Under the pieces are notes generated by a model. The model made no database searches. It was given only the letters and a program-made list of their open reading frames with translations, and was not told the origin of the DNA. From positions 810,001 to 842,000 of the forward strand of contig NC_010814.1 in assembly GCF_000020385.1 (NCBI RefSeq): a DNA stretch of 32,000 nt. Reading direction: 5' to 3'. This stretch comes from Trichlorobacter lovleyi SZ. GTDB lineage: Bacteria; Desulfobacterota; Desulfuromonadia; Geobacterales; Pseudopelobacteraceae. Below, piece after piece: positions 1 to 7,780 of this stretch (position 1 is its first letter; the number at the start of each line of letters is the position of its first letter). The position numbers were made by a program, and so were the translations under genes.

Positions 1-120
1 ATTCCATTCTTATACTGTCATGATAACGTGCTGTTGAGAAATAGCGCTATAGCTAATAAACTTAAAGTTATTTCAAAAGATATGTCTATTCGTAGTATTA
101 CCAAAACATTGTATTTATAA
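1..120 (+). CDS. 3' end of an upstream gene entering from the left edge (product unknown)
   Basis: Frame 1 is open for 39 codons from base 1 to TAA at 118-120, in very AT-rich DNA where stops are normally frequent. No recognisable motif. Confidence 0.3.
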   Translation: MPFLYCHDNVLLRNSAIANKLKVISKDMSIRSITKTLYL

Positions 121-131
121 GGTTGCGTCAA

Positions 132-797
132 ATGGGAAAGACAGTATTTATAACTGGTGGTAGTAGAGGTATTGGCAAAGCGATAGTTGATGCATTTTCC
201 AGAAATGGATATACAATAATAGCGCCAACAAGGGCTGAAATGGACCTTTCTTCTGATAGTTCAGTATTGAATTATTTTGAACGTAACAAAATACAAGTTG
301 ATTGTATTGTCAATAATGCTGGTATAAATCCACTATCTCAAATTGAAAATGTAAATGATTGCGATATTGAAGAAGCTATAAATATTAATCTTAAAGCACC
401 TATACTCATTGTGAGATCTCTTGTCTCGAGTATGAAAGAACGGAAATACGGACATATTGTTAATGTCTCATCTATTTGGGGAGTAGTTTCAAAAGAAAAG
501 AGAACAGTTTATTCAATTACAAAAAATGGCTTACATGGTCTTACCAACACACTCGCCGTTGAGCTTGGCGCGTATAACATCCTCGTAAATACCGTATGTC
601 CAGGTTTCACTAATACGGAGCTTACTAAAAAGAATGTCTCCACTGATGAGGCAAAAGCTATTGCCACAAATATTCCTCTCGGCAGATTTGCAGAGCCTGC
701 TGAAATTGCTTCACTGATATATTTTCTTGGATCTGAACAAAATTCTTATATTACGGGTCAGAAAATAGTCATAGATGGAGGTTTTACAGTACTATGA
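132..797 (+). CDS. short-chain dehydrogenase/reductase (FabG-like classical SDR)
   Basis: N-terminal TGGSRGIGKAI dinucleotide motif, NNAG, and catalytic S...YSITK (YxxxK). The ORF track starts at TTG 123; the first ATG is at 132 with AAGG about 10 nt upstream. The stop overlaps the next start (ATGA). AT-rich codon usage. Confidence 0.9.
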   Translation: MGKTVFITGGSRGIGKAIVDAFSRNGYTIIAPTRAEMDLSSDSSVLNYFERNKIQVDCIVNNAGINPLSQIENVNDCDIEEAININLKAPILIVRSLVSSMKERKYGHIVNVSSIWGVVSKEKRTVYSITKNGLHGLTNTLAVELGAYNILVNTVCPGFTNTELTKKNVSTDEAKAIATNIPLGRFAEPAEIASLIYFLGSEQNSYITGQKIVIDGGFTVL

Positions 798-1864
798 ATA
801 TTAATTCTTATAATAAAACATACACTGTTGATACAGTAGATGTTATCGACTTGCAAAATTTTGTTGGTAGTTCTGTATACCTTATTGTTTTTGATAAGAA
901 AGTGTATGATATATATAAAGGCACTGCTTTTAAGGACTTAGATGTAAGTAGAGCTGTTTTTTTAGAGGCCGATGAGAATTGTAAGACTATTGATACTGCT
1001 GTTGAAATATGCAAAATAATGGCTGATATTCCATTTAATAAAAATAGTATCTTAATATCTATTGGGGGGGGAATCATACAGGATATAACTGGGTTTGCTG
1101 CCAATATATACAATAGAGGGATACGATGGATTTTTATTCCAACTACTCTTCTTGCGCAATGTGATAGTTGTATAGGCGGCAAAACATCATTAAATCTTAT
1201 GAATTATAAAAATATTCTGGGAACATTTTATGCGCCGGACAGGATAATGATCGATTTGAATTTTGTAACCACCTTGTCAGAAGACGATTATTTAAGTGGA
1301 CTTGGAGAAGTGGCAAAATTCAATATAATGGCTGCACATGACGGTATAGAGCTACTCGAAAGACACATTGATAGGCTTCTGCACCGAGATATTGAATGTC
1401 TGCGTGCCTTTTTGAAACGTTCTTTGGAGTTTAAGAAAAAATTTATTGAAGAGGATGAGTTTGATAAGGGTGTACGTAACCTCCTTAATTTTGCCCATAC
1501 CTTTGGTCATGCTTTTGAGTCTGTAAGCCATTACGCCATCCCGCACGGTCAGGCAGTTACATTGGGTTTGCTGATGGCTAATATGATCTCCTTTGATCGT
1601 GGGCTTCTTGACCACAATCTGAAGTGTCGGATAGAAAAACTGTGTGTACGGCTAATTTCAGTAAAGCTTGACTACCATTGGTTTGAGCCGAGTAGTATTA
1701 TTGGGGCAATGAAGAGGGATAAAAAGAGGACATCTGAGCAGTTGACGGCAGTGCTCTTTAAAAGCGATTTAGGGCTTGAAATTGTTCATGACTTAAGGCC
1801 TGAAGAAGTAGAGCGAAGCTTGCTTGAGCTGATTTCGTATCTTAAATTGAGCAAGCTTTGCTAA
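794..1864 (+). CDS. 3-dehydroquinate synthase-fold enzyme (sugar-phosphate cyclase / DHQS superfamily)
   Basis: Matches DHQS signature blocks: [55 protein letters not shown] and HGQAVTLG (metal and NAD ligand motifs). Translationally coupled to the SDR. AT-rich. Confidence 0.85.
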   Translation: MNINSYNKTYTVDTVDVIDLQNFVGSSVYLIVFDKKVYDIYKGTAFKDLDVSRAVFLEADENCKTIDTAVEICKIMADIPFNKNSILISIGGGIIQDITGFAANIYNRGIRWIFIPTTLLAQCDSCIGGKTSLNLMNYKNILGTFYAPDRIMIDLNFVTTLSEDDYLSGLGEVAKFNIMAAHDGIELLERHIDRLLHRDIECLRAFLKRSLEFKKKFIEEDEFDKGVRNLLNFAHTFGHAFESVSHYAIPHGQAVTLGLLMANMISFDRGLLDHNLKCRIEKLCVRLISVKLDYHWFEPSSIIGAMKRDKKRTSEQLTAVLFKSDLGLEIVHDLRPEEVERSLLELISYLKLSKLC

Positions 1865-1928
1865 GCCTTTGTATTGTGTACAGAGATGGTATTCACTTTG
1901 TAGCATACCTCAACCAGTACATACAGAG

Positions 1929-3044
1929 GTGTTGACTTTGAACAAAAATATTCCTTTTCTTGATCTGAAGGCTGCTTATCTGGAACTTAAAGAAGAGCTG
2001 GACGCCGCCTATCATTCTGTTGTGGATTCCGGTTGGTATGTTCTTGGCAAAGAGGTTGACGCATTTGAGGCCGAGTTTGCCTCTTTCTGCGGCGTGCGGC
2101 ACTGTGTTGGTGTTGGTAACGGCCTGGATGCGTTGCATCTGATCCTGCGGGCCATGGATATCGGGCCGGGTGATGAAGTGATTGTGCCGGCCAATACCTA
2201 TATTGCCACCTGGTTGGCGGCCTCCTATGCAGGAGCAACTCCGGTGCCGGTGGAACCGGACGAGCAAACCTATAATATCAACAGCACCGGAATTGAGGCG
2301 GCAATTACTACCCGTACTAAAGCAATTCTGGTCGTCCATCTGTATGGCCAGCCCGCTGATATGGATCCAATCATTGATATTGCCCGCCGTTACAATCTTA
2401 AAGTGATTGAAGATGTTGCCCAGGCCCATGGGGCACGCTACAAGGGCCAACGCACCGGTTCTTTGGGCGATGCGGCTGGTTTTAGCTTTTACCCGGGTAA
2501 AAACCTTGGCGCCTTCGGAGACGGAGGGGCCGTAACAACCAACGATGCCGGTCTTGCCGAACGTATTCGGACGTTGCGTAACTACGGCTCAAAGGTTAAA
2601 TACCACAACGAGCAGAAAGGCTTTAATTCTCGTCTTGACGAGCTGCAAGCTGCTTTGCTGCGTGTTAAATTGAAATACCTGGACAGTTGGAACGCGCGTC
2701 GCGAGATACTTGCTGGCAGATACATGCTGGGTCTACAGGCTACAGGATTACAGCTGCCTTCTGTCCCTGAATGGGCGCAGCCGGTTTGGCATCTGTTTGT
2801 TATTGGATGTCGCAACCGTGAGCAGCTGCAGCAGCAGCTCACTGAAGCAGGGATCGGGACGATGATCCATTATCCGGTTCCTCCTCACCTGCAACCAGCC
2901 TATGCCGAACTTGGTCTCAAGGAAGGCAGCTTCCCTATCACTGAGCGTATTCATAGCACCGTACTCAGCCTTCCAATGTGGCCGCAGATGGATGAAAAAC
3001 AAATTCAGACGGTGATAGATGTCCTACTGGATATCACCTTTTAA
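1929..3044 (+). CDS. DegT/DnrJ/EryC1/StrS-family sugar aminotransferase (PLP-dependent, Lys present)
   Basis: [10 protein letters not shown] start region typical of the family, GNGLDALHL, and [21 protein letters not shown] with the Schiff-base Lys retained. The track start TTG 1869 adds an atypical 20-aa AT-rich extension. GTG 1929 (or TTG 1932/1938) is more likely. Confidence 0.9.
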   Translation: MLTLNKNIPFLDLKAAYLELKEELDAAYHSVVDSGWYVLGKEVDAFEAEFASFCGVRHCVGVGNGLDALHLILRAMDIGPGDEVIVPANTYIATWLAASYAGATPVPVEPDEQTYNINSTGIEAAITTRTKAILVVHLYGQPADMDPIIDIARRYNLKVIEDVAQAHGARYKGQRTGSLGDAAGFSFYPGKNLGAFGDGGAVTTNDAGLAERIRTLRNYGSKVKYHNEQKGFNSRLDELQAALLRVKLKYLDSWNARREILAGRYMLGLQATGLQLPSVPEWAQPVWHLFVIGCRNREQLQQQLTEAGIGTMIHYPVPPHLQPAYAELGLKEGSFPITERIHSTVLSLPMWPQMDEKQIQTVIDVLLDITF

Positions 3045-3085
3045 GGACGAAGGCTTTGAGTGCCGGTGCACTTTGAGGTAGCCCC

Positions 3086-3199
3086 ATGCGCATCCTGATC
3101 ATCAAGATATCTTCCCCGGGGGATCTCAGCAAGGTCTTGACCGGACAGGGGGCTTGTAACGTGGGCAGGCCGGATGGAATGGCCGGCAAGGGCCGCTGA
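3086..3199 (+). pseudogene. decapitated heptosyltransferase gene start (37-codon relic ORF MRILIIKISSPGD...)
   Basis: The first 13 codons parallel the real GT9 start at 11789 (MKILIIKTSSLGD). The first 25 nt are identical to 10514-10538. A GAGG Shine-Dalgarno sits 6-7 nt upstream. The ORF ends in TGATG overlapping the next gene's ATG at 3199. Confidence 0.6.
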
Positions 3200-3912
3200 T
3201 GGGGGGATTTGAAGCGGTTATACTTGCCGGTGGCGCCGGAACCCGTCTGAGAAGCGTGGTCAGTGATCTGCCGAAACCGATGGCGGGTGTGGCCGGCCGG
3301 CCTTTTCTGGCGTATCAGCTGGACTACCTGGTGGCGTCGGGGGCTTCCCGTCTTATTCTGTCCGTCGGGTATCGCCGCGAAAAGATCATGGAGTTCTTTG
3401 GTGATCGGTATGCCGGCGTACCGGTCAGCTATGTTGTCGAAGAGGAACCCCTGGGAACCGGCGGCGCGATCAGGGAGTCGCTCAGGGCCGTGTGCGGAGA
3501 GAGTGCCCTGGTCCTGAACGGAGATACCTTTTTTCCGGTGGACCTGAACGGCATGCTGCGCACCCTCCATGCCAACGATTGCGGGCTGGTCATGGCAGTC
3601 AAGGAGCTGTTTCGGTTTGACCGCTATGGCACAGTTGTCATGGTTAAGGACCGGATAACCGGGTTCAGGGCAAAGGGCCTTTGCGAGCGGGGCTACATCA
3701 ATGGCGGCATCTATGCGGTGACAAAGGCCATCACGACCCTGTTCCCGGACAGGCAGGCGTTTTCCTTTGAAGCCGACTTTCTGGAACAGCAGGTCGGCCG
3801 GATCGGTGTCGTACCGTTTTGCAGTGACGCCTACTTTATCGATATCGGTATTCCTGAGGACTATCAGAGGGCCCAGCACGAATTACCGTTGCAGGGGGGT
3901 GAGAAGCGATGA
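3199..3912 (+). CDS. sugar-1-phosphate nucleotidyltransferase, HddC-like (D-glycero-alpha-D-manno-heptose-1-P guanylyltransferase family)
   Basis: AVILAGGAGTRLRSVVSDLPKPMAGVAGRPFL is the classic G-rich NTP-transferase loop in its HddC-like form, followed by EEEPLGTGGAI. Its stop overlaps the next start. Confidence 0.85.
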   Translation: MGGFEAVILAGGAGTRLRSVVSDLPKPMAGVAGRPFLAYQLDYLVASGASRLILSVGYRREKIMEFFGDRYAGVPVSYVVEEEPLGTGGAIRESLRAVCGESALVLNGDTFFPVDLNGMLRTLHANDCGLVMAVKELFRFDRYGTVVMVKDRITGFRAKGLCERGYINGGIYAVTKAITTLFPDRQAFSFEADFLEQQVGRIGVVPFCSDAYFIDIGIPEDYQRAQHELPLQGGEKR

Positions 3913-4904
3913 TTGTTACCAGGGCACCACACAGGATCTCGTTTTTTGGCGGTGGAACCGACTATCCTTCTTATTATCTTGAACATGGCGGCAAGGTTAT
4001 CGGCGGTGCCATCGATAAATACTGCTACATCACCTGCCGCGAACTGCCCCCGTTTTTTGAACACAAGCACCGCATCGTCTATTCCCGCATTGAAAACGTC
4101 AGCCACCTGGATGAGATCGTCCATCCCTCGGTTCGTGAGACCATGCGGTACATGGGGGTGACCACCGGTCTGGAGATTCATCATGATGGCGATATCCCGG
4201 CCCGTTCCGGCATGGGCTCAAGCTCCGCCTTTACGGTCTGTCTGCTCAAGACACTCTACGCCCTGCAGGGGCGGATCATCTCCCGCGAAAACCTGTATAA
4301 AGAAGCAATTTATATTGAGCAGGAGCTGATCAAGGAAAATGTCGGTTCCCAGGACCAGACCTTTGCCGCCTGCGGAGGACTCAACGTAATTGACTTCATG
4401 CAGAACGGCCAGATTGTGGCCCAGCCGCTGGTGATGGCGCCGGAGCGCCTGAAACGCTTTAAGGGGAAACTGATGCTGTTTTTTTCGGGCATCTCCCGTT
4501 TTGCTTCGGACATTGCCAAGGAACAGATCGACAACACCCATAAAAATCTGGACAGCCTGTCTGCCATGAAGGGGCTGGTGGACGACGCCTACGGCATCCT
4601 TACCTCGCCACAGGGCGACTTTGATGAGTTTGGCCGCCTCCTGCATGAAACCTGGCAGTACAAACGGGGGCTGTCCAGGCAGATGAGCACTTCTGAGATT
4701 GACTGCATGTACGAGACCGCCATGAAACATGGCGCAATCGGCGGCAAGTTACTGGGAGCCGGCGGCGGCGGCTTCATGCTCCTGTATGTGCCGGAAGAAC
4801 GCCAGGCTGAGGTTCGCCGGGCATTGGGGGGGTATTTGTTTATCCCGTTCGACTTTGATTTTTCCGGGGCACAGATTGTGGTCTACAAGCCGTCCTTTCA
4901 ATAA
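3909..4904 (+). CDS. GHMP-family sugar kinase, HddA-like (heptose-7-P 1-kinase family)
   Basis: RAPHRISFFGGGTDYPSYY N-terminus typical of HddA/COG2605 kinases, GHMP motif PARSGMGSSSAF, and C-terminal GKLLGAGGGGF. Confidence 0.85.
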   Translation: MIVTRAPHRISFFGGGTDYPSYYLEHGGKVIGGAIDKYCYITCRELPPFFEHKHRIVYSRIENVSHLDEIVHPSVRETMRYMGVTTGLEIHHDGDIPARSGMGSSSAFTVCLLKTLYALQGRIISRENLYKEAIYIEQELIKENVGSQDQTFAACGGLNVIDFMQNGQIVAQPLVMAPERLKRFKGKLMLFFSGISRFASDIAKEQIDNTHKNLDSLSAMKGLVDDAYGILTSPQGDFDEFGRLLHETWQYKRGLSRQMSTSEIDCMYETAMKHGAIGGKLLGAGGGGFMLLYVPEERQAEVRRALGGYLFIPFDFDFSGAQIVVYKPSFQ

Positions 4905-4934
4905 TAATCAGGTTTTTGTCACACGGAGTATACC

Positions 4935-5873
4935 ATGAAAAAACATGTCTTCATCACCGGCGGCGCCGGTTATCTCGGCTCAATCCTCTGTGAGCACCTG
5001 CTGGACAAAGGGTATCGGGTTACCGTCCTCGATTCGCTGATGTACGGAGAACAGAACCTTAATCACCTGTGCGCCAATCCTGATTTTGATTTTCATCGCG
5101 GTGATGCTCGTGATGAAAAACTGGTAGGCTCACTGATCAGGGATGCCGATGTCCTGATCCCCCTGGCTGCCATCGTCGGCGCACCGGCCTGCGACCTGGA
5201 CCCGCTCATGGCCAGCTCAACCAACCGTGACGCCATTGCGATGCTCTGTCGTATTCGCCGCCCTGAACAGCTGATCATCTACCCGACGACGAACAGCGGC
5301 TACGGCACCAAGACCGGCGACGTCTTTTGTACTGAAGAGTCGTCCCTTGACCCGATCTCGCTCTACGGACGGACCAAGTGCGAGGCAGAGGAGATCGTCC
5401 TGGCCGCAGGCAACTCGATTACCCTGCGGCTGGCCACCGTCTTCGGCATGTCTCCCCGGCCGCGCCTTGATCTGCTGGTCAACCACTTTACCTATGCCGC
5501 ATTTTTTGACGGCTATCTGGTGATCTTTGAAAAGGACTTCAAACGCAACTACGTCCATATCCGCGACGTTGCTGACTGCTTTATCCACTGCATCGAGAAT
5601 CCGGCACGGATGACCGGGCGTCCGTTCAACGTCGGTCTGGATGCCGCCAACCTTTCCAAAGAGGAACTGGCACTGAAGATCAAGGAGCATATTCCCCGAT
5701 TCTACCTGCATTTCTCTGAAGTAGGCAGCGACCCGGACAAGCGCAACTACATTGTCTCCAACCAGCGCCTGGCCGATGTCGGTTTTGTTGCCAGGCGTTC
5801 CCTGGATGAGGGGATCCGCGAGTTGATCAAAGGCTATCGCCTGATCGGGCGGATGCCGTGCAAAAATATTTAA
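4935..5873 (+). CDS. NAD-dependent extended SDR (sugar-nucleotide epimerase/4-ketoreductase type, probably not a 4,6-dehydratase)
   Basis: ITGGAGYLGS Rossmann motif and YGRTKCEAE (YxxxK). The position where 4,6-dehydratases carry S/T-D-E reads TTNSGYG. GGAG SD upstream. Confidence 0.85.
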   Translation: MKKHVFITGGAGYLGSILCEHLLDKGYRVTVLDSLMYGEQNLNHLCANPDFDFHRGDARDEKLVGSLIRDADVLIPLAAIVGAPACDLDPLMASSTNRDAIAMLCRIRRPEQLIIYPTTNSGYGTKTGDVFCTEESSLDPISLYGRTKCEAEEIVLAAGNSITLRLATVFGMSPRPRLDLLVNHFTYAAFFDGYLVIFEKDFKRNYVHIRDVADCFIHCIENPARMTGRPFNVGLDAANLSKEELALKIKEHIPRFYLHFSEVGSDPDKRNYIVSNQRLADVGFVARRSLDEGIRELIKGYRLIGRMPCKNI

Positions 5874-6011
5874 ATCCGATCCCATTTCAAGGCGCAATCT
5901 TCGTTGGTTCGTTTCCGTCTCCTTGATGTACTGCGTGTACACCTGCGTCGCCGGATTTCTCACCGCCTTGATATCATCCTTGAACTGGAATCGGAATAAG
6001 GAGCCCATCCT

Positions 6012-6833
6012 ATGACACGAGAACTGTCAGAACTGACAGCCAAGGCCCGCTGGGTCTGGAGTGAGACGCTGCGGATGCACCGCCTGGCGCCCGAGACCAG
6101 AGTCGCCTCATCGCTGTCGGCGGTGGAGATCTTTACCGCGCTGTACTATGGCGGGGTGCTGGAACACAACGGTGCCGACCCGCGCTGGGAAGGGCGGGAC
6201 CGTCTGATCGTCAGCAAAGGGCACGGTTCGATCTGCCTCTTTCCTATCCTGGCTGACCGGGGCTATTTTGCCATGGCCGAGCTGGATCGGATCTGTCAGC
6301 CCGGATCGTTTCTGGGGGGGATTCCGGATACCATTATTCCCGGCTACGAGACCATCAACGGTTCATTGGGGCACGGTATCGGTGTAGGCTGCGGCGTGGC
6401 CCTGGGCCTCAAGCGCAAGGGGGCTGCCCGTCACGTCTTCGTGGTGGCCGGTGACGGCGAGTTCTGTGAGGGCTCCATGTGGGAGGGGATTATGTTCGCA
6501 GCCCATCACCAACTGGACAACCTGACCCTGGTCATTGACAATAACAGGCTTTGCATGCTGGACCGCTGCGAAAAGATCATGACGGTTGAACCGTTCGAGC
6601 AACGTTTTCAGGCCTTTGGCTGGCAGACGGAGCGGGTTGACGGCCATGACATGGCTGCCGTACTGGGTGCCCTGTCCCGCTTGAAACTACGCGGCGCGAC
6701 CGGCTGTCCGGCCGTATTGATCGCGGATACGGTCAAGGGAAGAGGGGTGCCGGAGCTGGAGAACGACACGCTCTGTCATATCCGTACCCTGACGCCGGAC
6801 GAGATTGACCGTGCTACCGGAGGTGTGCGATGA
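6012..6833 (+). CDS. transketolase, N-terminal (ThDP/PP-binding) subunit
   Basis: SKGHGS, GSLGHGIGVGCGVAL, and the GDGEFCEGSMWEG...N ThDP-binding motif. AAGGAG SD 8 nt upstream. The stop overlaps the next start. Confidence 0.9.
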   Translation: MTRELSELTAKARWVWSETLRMHRLAPETRVASSLSAVEIFTALYYGGVLEHNGADPRWEGRDRLIVSKGHGSICLFPILADRGYFAMAELDRICQPGSFLGGIPDTIIPGYETINGSLGHGIGVGCGVALGLKRKGAARHVFVVAGDGEFCEGSMWEGIMFAAHHQLDNLTLVIDNNRLCMLDRCEKIMTVEPFEQRFQAFGWQTERVDGHDMAAVLGALSRLKLRGATGCPAVLIADTVKGRGVPELENDTLCHIRTLTPDEIDRATGGVR

Positions 6834-7780
6834 GTGCCGCTCAGATCATGACCATGCGGGATGCCTTTATCGGTACCCTTTGTGATCGTATGGCCGCTGA
6901 CCATTCCATCTTCTTCCTGGCTGCCGACCTGGGGGCGCCGGCCCTGGACCGGATGCGGAGCGAGTTTCCCGAGCGCTTTATCAACGTGGGCATTGCCGAG
7001 CAGAACCTGATCAACGTCGCCTCCGGTCTGGCGCTGGAAGGCTTCAGCGTCTACACCTATGCCATTGCCCCCTTTATTACCATGCGGGCCTATGAGCAGG
7101 CCAGGGTCAATCTGGCGGTCTCATCGCAGATCCGGCCGGTCAAGGTAACCATGCTCGGCCTGGGGGGCGGTGTCAGTTATGTGGTTTCAGGACCAACGCA
7201 TCACTGCCTGGAGGATCTGGCCATTATGCGGCTGCTCCCCAATATGTCGGTCTACTGCCCGGCGGACTGGGTCACGGCAGGGGCACTTGTCGATCATACC
7301 CGCAGTACGAACGGCCCCGCCTATATCCGTTTTGACGGCAAGGCGCTCCCGGCACTGTATGCGGAACCGGCAACCGTCAACCTGCCCCGGGGGTTCAGCC
7401 AGCTGGTGCAGGGAACGGCTACCTGTCTGGTCAGCACCGGCTTTATGACCCATCGGGCGCTGGCGGTGGCGCAGCAACGCCCCGGTGTTGCCGTCATTGA
7501 CCTTTATTCTCTCAAACCGTGCGACGAGCAGGCCCTGGCAACCGCGTTGCGCCCCTACAACCGGGTGATCAGCATGGAGGAGGGCTTCATCAATAACGGC
7601 GGCCTTGACAGCCTGGTTGCCAAGGTGATCCGTGAATATGAACTGCCGTGCCGCCAGGAGTCGGTCGGTTTTAATGATCGCTATGTCTTTGATCTGGGGA
7701 ACCGCGACCATCTGCACGGCATCAACGGCATGGATGAGGCGGCGGTGATCGCGCTGATTGACCGGCGGAGGGATGTATAG
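6830..7780 (+). CDS. transketolase, C-terminal (pyrimidine-binding + C-terminal domain) subunit
   Basis: FINVGIAEQNLINVASGLALEG and SGPTHHCLEDLAIMRLLPNM are typical of split-transketolase/DXS-like beta subunits. Abuts the next ATG directly. Confidence 0.9.
   Translation: MSAAQIMTMRDAFIGTLCDRMAADHSIFFLAADLGAPALDRMRSEFPERFINVGIAEQNLINVASGLALEGFSVYTYAIAPFITMRAYEQARVNLAVSSQIRPVKVTMLGLGGGVSYVVSGPTHHCLEDLAIMRLLPNMSVYCPADWVTAGALVDHTRSTNGPAYIRFDGKALPALYAEPATVNLPRGFSQLVQGTATCLVSTGFMTHRALAVAQQRPGVAVIDLYSLKPCDEQALATALRPYNRVISMEEGFINNGGLDSLVAKVIREYELPCRQESVGFNDRYVFDLGNRDHLHGINGMDEAAVIALIDRRRDV

Noticed and set aside
1869-1928. ORF-track N-terminal extensions: 1869 for the DegT gene, 13781 for tcdA, 17301 for the AAA ATPase, 22589 for the RHH ORF, 23228 for terC and 25096 for the M48 gene.
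   Set aside because: The extensions overlap upstream genes or add atypical residues and lack an SD. Downstream in-frame starts give family-typical N-termini and mostly have better SD sequences. All remain alternatives.
3034-3879. Long minus-strand ORF (281 aa) antisense to the HddC-like gene. Similar antisense or off-frame ORFs lie at 5217-6008(-), 7187-8029(-), 8516-9199(-), 11771-12439(-), 13198-13782(-), 16588-17271(+), 17486-18214(-), 19990-20985(-) and 30575-31231(-).
   Set aside because: Each lies opposite or out of frame to a gene with clear family motifs. Their translations are low-complexity, Arg/Gly/Pro/His-rich with no recognisable motifs, and long open antisense frames are expected in GC-rich DNA.
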